Origin: the human T2T-CHM13v2.0 reference genome, Homo sapiens
Assembly (NCBI RefSeq): GCF_009914755.1
Contig: NC_060927.1
DNA length: 64,000 nucleotides
Strand: one strand, 5' to 3'
Shown here: piece after piece, positions 17,891-31,164 of the stretch
Layout of the letters: the number at the start of each line of letters is the position of its first letter
How positions within the stretch are numbered: the stretch's first letter is position 1
The notes under the pieces: model-generated
Told to the model about the DNA's origin: nothing
Databases searched by the model: none
What the model saw: the letters and a program-made list of their open reading frames with translations, nothing else
Position numbers and translations under genes: made by a program

Positions 17891-20200
17891 AAAAAATGTT
17901 TTTTTAGAAAAAGGTATGTTGGGAAGCTCACAGAATCATGGAAATGGCTTGAAAAACAAATTAAGGGCTAATCTTCCAGGAAAACATCCATAACTATACT
18001 GTAAAACTGGCTTAAGAAAATTGCTGCAACTGTCCCTGTCACCAAACCCCAAATGCCAAAACTTTACTGCAACTACGAATGATGTCCCAGTGCTATATCA
18101 GGCACTTAACCCTACAACACTACCATCCTGCAAAGCCATACTCTTATGCTGCTATCTGTGCTAGCAATAGAAGCTCAACATAGAACTTGTTCTGTCACGT
18201 TTCTTCTTTCAAGTTTCTTCTTTCAAGTCAGGGCCAGAGACTCTCTATGTGAATCTGACTGAAGGGCCGAAGTCCAAGCTACACAAGAGGCCAGAAATTT
18301 AAGTTCTCATTTCTAACACTGGGGAGGTAGACTCATAATGTGGGAATTCCTCCAAATAGAAATACTATTCAAAATATGATTTGTCAGCCATGAATACGAC
18401 TATGCTGACTACAGCAAGCAACAAATGAAAACAATAACAATTATGTCTTTCTCCTTCTTCTCTCCTACCTCTTCTAAGCCTATCTTTGTCAAGTTGTCTG
18501 TGTATTCCTTTATCTTGTCGGCTTTGCAGGGTGAAAAGATGAAACTACTGAAGACCAACAGGCTTCCTGTCTCTTGTGAAGCCTATGCTCACTGAGGAAG
18601 CTACAGTGGGGCAGAGGAGGTAGGAGGGGCTGCCTTTGAGCCTGATAAAGGAGAAAAAATACTACTGGGAGGGGAATGGAAGTTGGCCAAGTTCCTTGAC
18701 AAGAGGAGATGCATGCTCTCCTTTGCTCAGAGGACAAAGGAAATAATGGTGCCTCAAAGAGTATGGCTGTCCTGGAGACTGGAGCTCTGGTCATCACAAC
18801 ATTCCATGTGTCCTACAAGGCACAGAAGCTGCAGAGCAACACAAAGGATCCTGCGGGCTTGAACAAGGGGCTCGAACAAAAAGCAGTTACTCCACAGAAG
18901 ACCAGAGGGGTCCTCCCAGCATTGTGGCTCTGTAAGACAGACTGCAGCATATAGAGGGGAGCCTCAATAATTGATAATTATCACAATGATTTTTTTAAAA
19001 AGGGGTCTCAGATTTGAATTCAACTTGACATTTTAAAAAACAGATAGACATTTCTTACAAAACTTTGTGGAGCCTAGAAATGATGAGTAAAGTTTAAAAA
19101 TAAATCTTAATGCCCTAAGCATTATATAAGGACTTTAAAAAAGATCTCTGTGCTTTCAAAAATTTCAGAAATCATAGTTTAAAGACAAGGCAGGGAATGG
19201 GCAGAGAAAACTGACAGAATCTAGGGGCTATTTTTTCGCTATTTCAGGATTGTCTTTTATTACAATGATAACCCTCTAGCCAAATCTGAACTTCCATGTG
19301 ACTGGCCTTTTTCAGAGAAAATAAAATTTCTTGCTGCTTAGCTTTCTAAAGGACTTCTGAAAATCTAGGCTTTTAACTTGGATAATGAATAGGGTGAGAA
19401 GAATGTATTTTTCTTTCCTGTATACAGAACACTCTCTGACATTGTGATGCTATAGTTGCATGTCCTTATCAGTCTGGTTACTACATTGAGATTTATATTG
19501 GGAAATGCTATCTAGAGTTTCCAGATGGCAAGAGGCCAGATAAAGGGCCTTTGCTGTTAAATACAACCATGTACTCTCAACTTCACCACTTGGTTGAATA
19601 TAGCTCTACTTGGCTATAATGAGCAAGCTCCATTTGTTTAATGAAGCATTCATATGACAAAAGTGGCTAAATCAACAAGTAGAGTTATTTATGAACAAAT
19701 AAAGCCATCTGAAACCATCAGGAAGGATGTTACATTCTGAAACCAATTAAATTCTTTTTAAAAATGGCTCAACTGAAATATTTTATTCTTGTTCACCAGT
19801 AACACTGCTTCTTTCCAAATTAAACACTATTTTTAAAATTTTTCTTGATTTTTAGATATGTTTGTGTTAGTACTAATTTAACTTCTAACTAGTTTAAAGC
19901 ATTCTTCAGTTTTTAACATACAAATATTTTAAATGTGGAAGTAAAGAGTTTGGTTATCCTTTTAGAAGTTCTCTTGAAGTCTAGGAATAGAGATAGAGGT
20001 AATATGGCATCATCATTAGGTTCTAATACAATGTATCTAGGTTTACTTTCTATGACCTTCAAGGCTCTGCTTAATCTGACCTTTGCCTGTTCTTCCAGCC
20101 AGTCTTACAGTACTTTCTTCCACAGTGGGCTTTTCTCAGGTTCAGCAACACACTGCACTCTCCCATCTAAGATTTATGTGGTCTATTGCCTTAGCTTGAA

Positions 20201-20202
<2 letters not shown>

Positions 20203-20250
<48 letters not shown>
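20203..20250. repeat. Perfect (AC)24 microsatellite
   Basis: Read directly from the sequence. Confidence 0.95.
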
Positions 20251-20252
<2 letters not shown>

Positions 20253-20499
20253 TCCCTCTCATTTCTACCCATCCTTCAGATTTCAAAATTCTGCTGACCT
20301 CCAGAACAGACTACCCTTCCTTTTTAAATGCCCTCATGACACCCTGTACTTCCTTGATATAGTCACGACACTTTAAATTCTCTTAATAGAGGCCTTTCTC
20401 AATTTGATTCTAAGTAGAACCTATATGCTCGGGTCTCAGCACACAGAGACCATAATACAGTAAATGTTCAATATATTTGATGTTCAATGTACTTGATGC

Positions 20500-20670
20500 T
20501 ATTCATCAAGAACTTATGTGCCAAGTATTGTTTTAGGCGGTTTATATAAAGCTTAGTAACAAACAAGACTTGGAGGTGATATGATTATTAATCGTATTTT
20601 ACAGATGAGGAAACTGAGACCCAGAGATGGAACTGGGATTCAAAACAATGTCTAGTGTGACTCCAGAGCC
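20500..20670. mobile_element. MIR remnant
   Basis: Core TTTTACAGATGAGGAAACTGAG...GGGATTCAAA...GACTCCAGAGCC. Confidence 0.7.
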
Positions 20671-21934
20671 TTTCCTAACTCCTACTTAAAGCCTCTGAGG
20701 AATGCTGAAAAGAGCACAGGACATAGAATCCAGGTACAGCTACTGACTAATTGTGTAGCCTGGGGCACATTATTTTAACTTGTTGGCTTTAGTTTTTTGA
20801 CATCTTTAAGAAAAGGCATAAAAATATCTGCCTCACAAAATCACTTTGAAGAAAAATACATTAAATGCCTTGCACAAAGGAGGTTTTTAATAAATAGCAA
20901 TTGAATTTGATCTCAAAAAATAACCTAACATACAAATAAGCAGGGAAAAAAAACCAGAAAACAGAGGAAAGAAAATAGCATGTATTCACCTAGTCATATA
21001 ATCGTCCCAGTAGCATCAAACTTCTCAAGAAAATTGTGGTCATACTCTTATTTTGACAGAGACCTACAACTGTGATTATTAAAAGTAATACAAAGTTACT
21101 CTTAAGCATATATTAGGAAGAAGCTTATTTTGGCATGAGTTATTACATATCTATGCTTTCCACCCTGTCACCTCAGAGTAGTCAAAAAACTTCCCATGAT
21201 GAAGCCGTGGTGAAATTCAAAAATGAAATGTAAATGAGAAGTAGGAAAGAAATGTTAAAAAACAAAAATTGGTAGGAAATGAAAAGATAAGACTAAATGA
21301 AACCACAGAGTGCCGGAAGAATAAGCAAGGAAAGAATAGAGGAAGATAATGGGGATAGAAGGCACTGTATTGTTGACAGCATCTGATCTAGAGATTAGTG
21401 TTATTTCTAAGCAGATTAACTAAATCCCAACTGTTCCACATCAGGTCCTTTCTCTAAGCTTTTCTTACCTCATATCAGCAAATAAAAAATAAATAAAATT
21501 TTAAACACACAAATGAAATTAAAGGAAAAAACCACCCACACAAACCAGAAATGTCCTGGGTTGACAATTCATCCTAATATGCTTATTGTCTCCTTCTGTT
21601 CTGTGCCTAGATTAAAATGATGAAAGTCATCAACCTTAAAAGAAGCAAAAAAGAAGAGAATTAGCTCCTCTGTGTAATTTTTTTAAATATAGCATCAAAC
21701 CATCTTCCCGTCAGCAACAGGCACTGCAGTATTGAAGATCATCACATGAGGGCAGAGGGCGTAAAAAAGGATGGTGTGGTAGGAGACTGTTATTTCTGTC
21801 CCAGATACAGAGAAGAACTTTTAACCTTATTGTGCTTTTCCTTATCATAACCTTCTCCATAGCAACCACAGAACTGCAGTAGCAAGAAACAGATGGGAAG
21901 ACAAAAAATATACGTACATTATTAACCATTGGCT

Positions 21935-21988
21935 ACACACACACACGCACACACACACACACACACACAAACATATATATATATATAA
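21935..21988. repeat. (CA)n(TA)n microsatellite
   Basis: Read directly from the sequence. Confidence 0.85.
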
Positions 21989-22573
21989 ATCCGGAAAAAT
22001 GAATTCAGTAATGTTTTTTTAAAAAAAATCACACAACTTCCCCCCGAAATTTCATATTGCTATGGAAGACTAACCACTAAAACACTAGGCTAGCATAGTA
22101 TTATTGTAATTTTTCTATAGCACTTATACTTGCAACCTATTTATAGCACTTTACAACAGATTTAATCTCTAAAATGAGCCTATTTTACTTAAAAAAAAAA
22201 AAGAAGAAGAAGAGGAGGAAAGAAAGAAATCTTTTGAGGCCCAACAAACAGATTTCTCAATGCTTAGTCCTGAAGAATGGGCTTTCACCTCCCTTACTAT
22301 TCCTGAATAAGACTGACATAGTAGTCATGTTATAGGATTATGACTTTGTGTCCAATGTATGTCATACTGCTGGTGAAAAGCACTTCTTACCCCATTAGTC
22401 ATTCTCCTGAGTTTAAAACCAGAAAATCTAGAAAGGGTCACCACTAACAAGCATTTTTATGACAAGGTAAAACAATAAGAGTACAGTCACTCTTTGGGCA
22501 CAACGCTCCCTACTCTGCTATCACTGTTTCTTTATTTTGGCTTAACGTTTTTAACTGCTTAACAAATGCACAT

Positions 22574-22650
22574 GGCCGGGCGCAGTGGCTCACGCCTGTA
22601 ATCCCAGCACTTTGGGAGGCCAAGGCGGGCGGATCATGAGGTCAGGAGTT
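22574..22650 (+). mobile_element. 3'-truncated Alu (first ~77 nt only)
   Basis: GGCCGGGCGCAGTGGCTCACGCC...GAGGTCAGGAGTT followed directly by non-Alu sequence. Confidence 0.9.
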
Positions 22651-24427
22651 GCTTCCACCAACTTCTTAGCTAAAGGGTTGAGAAAATTGTTAAGAATTTA
22701 AGGTACTACAACTGCTTAAACAATATTAGTAATTTCCTTCCAAATAATTTTTAAAATTATTCTCTTTTCTCTCCTCCTAAAACAACTTCCAGTTGAGACC
22801 AGAAGCAGCAGCAGTCCTCGACATCAACTACAACTTTCCTTCGCACAGTGCATACCCTCTGATATACTGAACCCAACGCCTATCCTCCAGCCCCCTAAGA
22901 ACTAGAGAGGGAGCCTCACAACATTCCAATTTAATCCTTCAGAAAATTCATTACTCTTCAAAGTTGTCTGTGGTTTTGTGACAACGATATGACTAGGTGC
23001 AAAATGGCTTGCAACTAATTAACAAACATAGAAGCATCCAACAAACATATACGTGCACAATCTGAGGATTTAGGGATGAAATCAGTTATCCAGGTTAGAT
23101 ATCAACAAAAGAGCAGTAATTATAAAGTTTCATGAAGAAAGTGGCTGTTGAGGTGTGGATTATGTAAGTAAGACTGACAACAAGAAATGATTTTGTTATA
23201 ATCCAGAAGTAAAACTAAATAAATGTTCTTTAAATTGATGGATAAATAAGAAAGAATTTATTTACAACAGTAAATAAATCCAATACTTGTTATAAATAAG
23301 ATAAAGCTGGCTATAAATTCACATTTTCATGTGAGCGTTTTGAAGTATGTGGACATAAAAAACACACACCTCAAGCATACTTCTCAATGATTTCTGATAA
23401 AGAACACACCTTTGTAACCAGCACATGGTGTAAAACCAGAAACAGAACATTACCAGATTCCTAAACAAGCCTTCTTTGTGCCCCTTTTTAGTCACTACCC
23501 TCCCCCATTCAAGGTAACTTCTATCTTGACTTCTAACACCACACTTTTAGTTTTGCCTATTGTTAACTTGATATAAATAGAATGATACTGTATATTTTGT
23601 GTGTGTTTGGCTTCTTCTGCTCCAACTTTTGTTGGTAAGGTTTATACAGATTATTAAATATAGCTATAGTTCATTTATTTCTATTACTATGCAGTATACT
23701 TGGATTCAGGAATACACCATAACTTAATCATCCATTCTATTGTTGACTGGTTTGGCAATTTTCTAAACATACGCAAATTCTATGAACCAGCAATTCTATC
23801 CCGTGTATGTGTATATATACACACATGTTAAATATATACACAGAAACATGCTGTGAAAGTGCTTTGCAAATGGCAAAATGTAAAATGTAAGGAATGTTAC
23901 CAAAGAGCTGAAACGCACTGTGTCTTTCTTGCAACACAGATTCTTGGACATATCAGATAATAAATGTATTTTGTATTGAAAATAAGATATTGCCACTGTT
24001 GCGCTCAGAAATTACTATAAGAATTCAACGGTTGTGGGAGGAAAAGGCAGAGGAGTACTTATCTGCAGGAAATCTGCTGGGGCACGGCAGGTCTCAGGGA
24101 CTTGTGTCTACATGAAAACTTGAGACTTCTGAAAGAAGTGGATACGAAAGCAGCATGCTCAGCCCCAAAACACAAGAAATGAAGTTCCCACAAAATGGGA
24201 GATTACAGAATCCTTAACTTGACCAGAAACTCAAGTTAAGTGGGGAAAAGGTCTACATGCTAAAGTTTGGGTCTGGTAAACAGGGTGGTAATAGTCAATG
24301 AGGAGGATTAGTGTTGGATGTCATAGTAAATACAGCCATTTGTTGTCCTGTTCTATGGCTCAAACGCAGGGAATTTATCCCTGGTTCCTCACGAGAAAAT
24401 TGTAAGAACCTTAAAAAGCAAACATTA

Positions 24428-24742
<315 letters not shown>

Positions 24743-26773
24743 TTACATTTAAAGGCACAATTTTTTTATATAAAATGATAACGAAGGCAAAGACATCCTG
24801 ATAAACTTCATAAAATAACTGATAGGAAAATGGATACTCTTCGGCCCTGGTTCAACCAGGGTAGCATAGAGGACAAAGGGCACAAGAGGCACCAGAGAGT
24901 CCACAGAAAATGTCAACAGCCACCAAGACCATCTGTCCCAAGAAACCAAAACAAAGAACAAAGATTTTTACCATTCTATTATTGGAGCAGAAAATCACAA
25001 CTGCTTAACTCCTCTGTTACTATTACTCATGCCATTGTCTCACTAGGATTGCTTTAGCCACCTGAGGAAAAAAAAAAAAAAAAAAAGTTATACTCTGCCT
25101 CAGAGTTGCCCAGAAGCTTAAAAAACCCTATAGGTAGTCTGACCACTCACATTATTGAAAAGAAATACAACACATGAACATATACAGACACAAAAACCAC
25201 ACAAACACCACTTCAAGAATAAGATTCTCCTGAAATCTAAACACTCCATAGTTGTTAACATCTAAGAGGCTTGAACAATGAAGCATGCATAGCTGAAATG
25301 TGATGAAACCTCAACCTGAGATCTGTTATCTTTCCTTTGAGGGCTCTAAGCAGTTTCACTTTTGCATGTATTATTCTCAACATTCTTGCAAATTAGGTGG
25401 GCATTGCTGCTGTTACCTTCATTTTACACACAAAATAAGGAACGGAGTAATAAAGTAATCCAAAGCTTGCATAAAGTAATCCAAAAAATTTATCAAAGCC
25501 AAGACTAAAATTCAAGTCTCATGATGTTCACTTTCTTTCTACTGTAACACACAGCCCCAGGAGAAAGGATTAAGCAAACAGCTGTTCCAGGTAGATCAAA
25601 AAGCCTCTGCATACCTTCCCTTAGGGAAAAGTGATGAATTTACTCTAATGGGAGGGTAATGTTTGAAATTAATTTACCAATGAAAATTGGCCTTAGTCCT
25701 CAAGCCCAAGGCCTAGAATAAATTAGGTTCTGCTGGAGAGGGGAAGGAACAATTACCAATGCAAACCCTCAATAAAGAGGGAAAATATAAAGAATTATCC
25801 CTAATATTTATTGAGTCAGGAATGGAAGTATAAATTTTTACTTCCCATTAACCATATAATACTTGATGCTACCACTCTTTCTAAAGAAACCACAGCACAT
25901 ACACACTCACTGTATACTTTCTCTGTTTAAGGAGTAACATGCAGGCTCCATCATGAATGGCAAAAGAGAAACAATCCTATCCACTAACCTGAATAGCCCT
26001 AAGGGATCTGATCCGTTATATCACCTCCTCCCAGCTCAAGCTTTCTCCGGTTAAGTTCTAACAGAGTAAAAATTCTTCAAATCACCATTAAGGTTAAAAT
26101 TTTGTTATTTCCTATCATAAACAATAAAGCATTATTCTAGTGATAGCAAATGTTGATTGCCACGACGAGATACAACAGTATTATGACACAGTAAAAAATT
26201 CCTAAGGTAATATGCCTTTTATATATTTTATAGAGAATATTCAAGGTTAAGGTTTCTCACTGATGTATTTCTCCTAGTGGGTGAAAAAAATACACACACG
26301 CAAACATATATATACCCCAACTCAATTTTCCCCATCTTGCCTGGAAAGCTATTAATAATGTATCTATATAATAGATACATTATAATAATACATTATAATA
26401 ATGTATAAATGATTCCATTTATATCAAGTTAATAATAGGCAAAACTAAAAGTATGGTGTTAGAAGTCAAGACAGAAGGTCATGTGGGAAAATGAATTACT
26501 CTGTTCCCCTATGGAATTTTCTCCTCAACCTGGACAATCAACTAATGCCAGAGGCCTACAGTCACCAAACCAAGAGCTTTGATGGGGTTGGGGGAACCTC
26601 AAAAACAAACTTGTAAGCTGCTGCTTGGGAGCAGATTAACAGCTAAGTAGCATAAGACCAGTCTTACAGTACTGTGTATTACAGGTCTGCTGGCTCTGGC
26701 TTGGTGATTTCTCACCAAGGAATGGGTAAGTTGGTAGACAGTAATGAATGAATATATTTACAAGCCATTAGGT

Positions 26774-26951
26774 CAGCTCTATCCAATAGAACTTTCTGTA
26801 ATGATGAAAATGTCCTGTATCTGCACCACCCAACATAGTAGCAGCCACATGTGGCTATTCAGCATCTGAATTGTACCTAATGTGACTGAGGAACTGAATT
26901 TTAATTTAGATGTCCACATGGGGCTAATGGCTAGCATGACAGATAGCACAG
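26774..26951. mobile_element. MER3 (hAT-Charlie MITE)
   Basis: TCCAATAGAACTTTCTG...AGCCACATGTGGCTATT...GACTGAGGAACTGAATTTT matches the recalled MER3 consensus. Confidence 0.8.
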
Positions 26952-27381
26952 CTTTAAATACTCAGTCTTTTTATAGAACTAAGCTATGCTTGATGCATGT
27001 ATACCTTATATCAGGGACTGCAACTGGTGATTCATAGACCAAAGCTGGCTGACAAATGAGTATGGTTTGGTGATCATAGTATTTTGGCTTTTAATCTAAA
27101 TTGAAACTTATAGACAGGGTACTCCCCAGTTGGCCACTGTATCTTAACATTTTCTAATTCTCCATCACACAGATACAACTACACACACACATAAGCATTT
27201 GATTTTTCTATCCTACAAAATGTGGTAATATTATTTTTCAGATTCTTTTTCACAAAACATCACTTCAAGAAAGCTTCAAGTGATATTTCTTTTAAAAATA
27301 ATAATAGACTAATAATAATATCTATCCCTTTATTGGTTATTTACTATGTGTTAGGAACCATTCTAAGTTCTTCACCCATAT

Positions 27382-27695
27382 TAGTTCAACCCATCAGTAT
27401 CGACTGGGATTGGTTCCAGGACACCCCCCAGACACCAAAATCCCCAAATGCTTAAGTCTCTTATATAAGATGGTACAGCATTTGCATGTAACCTACAAAT
27501 ATTCTCTCAAATACCTTAAATCATCTCTAGATTACATACAATACCTAACACAACGTAAATGCTATGTAAATATAGTATTGTTTCTATTTGTATGTTTTAT
27601 CATTGTGTTTTTTTAAAATTTTTTCCCAAAATATTTTCAATCTGTGGTTGGTTGAATCCATGGCTGCATAACCCACAAATATGGAGGACTGACTG
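27382..27695. mobile_element. MER2 (TcMar-Tigger MITE)
   Basis: GGGATTGGTTCCAGGAC...AAATCATCTCTAGATTAC...GGTTGGTTGAATCCA...GACTG followed by TA. Confidence 0.85.
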
Positions 27696-28639
27696 TATAC
27701 ATACAGACATACCTCAGAGATATTAGAGATTTGCTTCCAGACCACCAAAATAAGGTAAAAATCTCAATAAAGCAAGTCATACATATTTTTTGGTTTCCCA
27801 GTGCATATAAGTTGTATTTACACTATACTGTAGTCTATTAAGTATGCAGTAGCATTATATAAAAACAGTACATATCTTAAAGTAAAAAACACTTCATGGC
27901 TAAAAATGCTAACGATCATCTGAGCCTTCAGTGAGTCATCATCTTTTTGCTAATAGAAGGTCTTGCCTCAATGTTGATGGCTGCTGAATGATCAGGTTAA
28001 TGGTTACTGACAGCTTGTGTGGCTGTGGTAATATGGCAACAGTGAAGTTTGCTACTTTGACACTCCTTTCATGAAAGATTTCTCTGTAGCAGGCAATGCT
28101 GTTTGATAGCATTTACCTACAGCAGAAACTCTTTCAAAATTGGAGTCAATCCTCTCAAATCCTGCTATTATCATCTAAGTTGATATGATATTCTAAATCC
28201 TTTGTTGTCAGTTCAACATTGTTCACATCTTCACCAGGAGTAGATTCCATCTCAAGAAACCATTTTCTTTGCTCATCCAGAAGAAGCAACTTCTTATCTG
28301 TTAAAGTTTTATCATGAGATTGCAACAATTCAATCACATCTTCAGGCTCCATTTTTTTAAGATAGAATAAGCTTCTAAGATAAAGATGATTGAGCATTTG
28401 TCAAACTAGGGTATAAATATTACTGGAATTTCCCATGATTTTTTCAGAAAACTTGTAGATACACAAAAATGAGAAGTAAAAATTAGATCTTAAAACTGAA
28501 ATATGACCCATAAGACACAAGCACTTAAAGGAATTATATTAATAAAGTTTTGAATGCACTGATCAAATAGTGAAATCACTTTATTTGGAAAACTCCTGTT
28601 TTTATGTTGTTATTTTTCCTGAGATCTTAAAATTATTTT

Positions 28640-30154
28640 TTAACTTTTTTTTATTTCCATAGGTTTTTGGGGAACAGGTGGTGTTTGGTTACATGGATAA
28701 GTGCTTTAGTGGTGATTTGTGAGATTTTGGTGCACCCATCACCTGAGCAGTATACACTGTATCCAGTATGTAGTCTTTTATCCCGCATCCCCCTTCCAAC
28801 CTTTCCCCACTTTCCCAAAGTCCATTGTATTATTTTTATACCTTTGAACCCTCACAGCTTAGCTCCCGCCTGTGAGTGAGAACACATGATGTTTTTCTAT
28901 TCCTGAGTTACTTCACTCAGAATAATGGTCTCCAGCTCCATCCAGGTTGCTGTAAATACCATGATTTCAACGCTTTTTATGGCTATTATTTCATGGTACA
29001 CATGAATATATACCACAATTTCTTTATCCACTCGTTGATTGATGGACATTTGGGCTGGTTCCATATATTTGCAATTACAAATTGTGCTGCTATAAACACA
29101 CATGTGAAAGTATCTTTTTGTATAATGACTTCTTTTCCTCTGGGTAGAGACCCAGCAGTAGGATTGCTGGATCAAATGGTAGTTCTACTTTTATTAATAG
29201 TTATTTAAGGAATCTCCACACTGTTTTCCATAGTGGTTGTACTAGTTTACATTCCCACCAGAGGTGTAAAATTGTTCCCTTTCTACCTCATCCATGCCAA
29301 CATCTATTATTTTTTGATTTTTTTTATTATGGCCATTCTTGCAGAAGTAACATGGTATCGCATTGTGGTATTGATTTGTATTTCCCCAATCATTAGTGAT
29401 GTTGAGCATTTTTTCATATGTGTGTTGGCCACTTGTATGTCTTCTTTGGCAAATTGTCCCATGGCCTTAGCCCACTTTTTGGTTGGATAGTTTGTTTTTT
29501 TCTTGCTAATTTGTTTGAGTTCCTTGCAGATTCTGGATATTAGTCCTTTGTCAGATGTACAGACTGTGAAGATTTTTTCCCACTCTGTGGGTTGTCAGTT
29601 TACTCCGCTGATGGTTTCTTTTGCTGTGCAGAAGCTTTTTAGTTTAATTAAGTCCCATCTATTTATCATTGTTTTTGTTGCAGTTGCTTTTGGGTTCTTG
29701 GTCATGAGGTCCTTCCCTAAGCCAACGTCTAGAAAGGTTATTCCAATGTTATCTTCTAGAATTTTTATGGTTTCAGGTCTTAGATTTAAGAACTTGATAC
29801 ATCTTGAGTTGATTTTTGTATAAGGTGAGAGATGATTCCATTTCATTCTTCTATTACATGTACCTTGCCAATTATCCCAGCACCTTTGTTAAATAGGGTG
29901 TCCTTTCCCCACTTACTTTATCTTTTTCTTTGCTTTGTTGAAGATCAGGTGGTTGTAAGTATTTGGCTTTATTTCTGGGTTCTCTATTCTGTTTCATTGG
30001 TCCATGTGCCTATTTTTATGCCAGGACCATGCTGTTTTGGTGACTATGGCCTTATAGTGTAGTTTGAAGTCAAGTAATGTGAAGCCTCCAGATTTGTTCT
30101 TTTTACTTAGCCTTGTTTGGCTATGAAGGCTTTTTTGGGGGGTTCCATATAAAT
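28640..30154 (-). mobile_element. 5'-truncated L1PB1-like element inside Tigger1
   Basis: Minus-strand 3'UTR end ...ACCACCTGTTCCCCAAAAACCTATGGAAATAAAAA. ORF2 remnants ([11 protein letters not shown]...[14 protein letters not shown]). Confidence 0.88.
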
Positions 30155-30586
30155 TTCCAAGTCTAGTTATTTTGCTATTTCCAACACATCTGCAGTGACT
30201 TCCTTGAACCCCTCAAGGTCATGCACAAGGGTTGGAATCAACTTCTTACAAATTTCTGTTAATGCTAATATTTTGACTTCCTCCTATGACAAAAATGTTC
30301 TTAATGGCATCTGGAATTGTAAATCCTTTCCAGAAGATTTTCAGTGGACTTTGCCCTGATCCATCAGAGGAATCACTCTCTATGGCAGTGACAAAATGCA
30401 TCAAACAGCCAAATTGTGAATGAAAAGGATAAGTTGTGTGTTCACTGGAGTAGCATTTTTAATTTCCTTCAATACTTATGAAATGTATTTCTTAAATAGG
30501 AAGACTTGATAGTTGAAGTTATTCCTTGATTGATAGACCACAGAATGAATAAATGTGGGTAAATGCTATCAAATGGTGAAATCACT

Positions 30587-30957
30587 TCAAAACCACAATG
30601 CGATACCACCTTACTCCTGCAAGAATGGCCATAATAAAAAAAATAGATATTGGCATGGATGAGGTAGAAAGGGAACAATTTTACACTCCTGCTGGGAATG
30701 TAAACTAGTACAACCACTATGGAAAACAGTGTGGAGATTCCCTAAAGAACTACTAGTAAAAGTAGAACTACCATTTGATCCAGCAATCCCACTACTGGGT
30801 ATCTACCCAGAGGAAAAAATGTCATTATATGAAAAAGATACTTTCACATGCATGTTTATAGCAGCACAATTTGCAATTGCAAAAGTATGGAACCAGCCCA
30901 AATGCCCATCAATCAATGAGTGGATAAAGAAATTGTGGTATGTATGTATGTATATGT

Positions 30958-30999
<42 letters not shown>

Positions 31000-31164
31000 A
31001 CACACACCATGGAATACTACTCAGCCATATAAAGGAATGAAATAACAGCATTCACAGCAACCCAGATGGAACCGGAGACCATTATTCTAAGTGAAGTAAC
31101 TCAGTAATGGAAAACCAAATATCATGTGTTCTTACTCACAGGTGGGAGCTAAGCTGTGAGGGTT
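30587..31164 (+). mobile_element. L1PB fragment; inverted local copy of 28847-29374, with an internal (TATG)/(CA)n expansion
   Basis: ORF2 C-terminus remnant ([15 protein letters not shown]...WNQPKCPS). Shares distinctive strings with the adjacent minus-strand L1. Confidence 0.85.

Larger units (their letters stand above)
18816..23984 (+). ncRNA. IGSF11-AS1: Probable antisense lncRNA locus; boundaries approximate
   Basis: From memory, IGSF11-AS1 is annotated in this part of the intron. Compatible + strand signals: pyrimidine-tract acceptor ...CTTCCAG|TTG at 22792/22793, acceptor ...CTTTCTTGCAACACAG at 23939, and AATAAA at 23959-23964. Exon structure cannot be established from sequence alone. 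Confidence 0.4.

Noticed and set aside
24749-25086. Processed pseudogene (70-75 aa ORFs followed by an A19 tail)
   Set aside because: No recognisable parent protein, poly-A signal or TSD. The A-run is better read as a minus-strand polypyrimidine tract.
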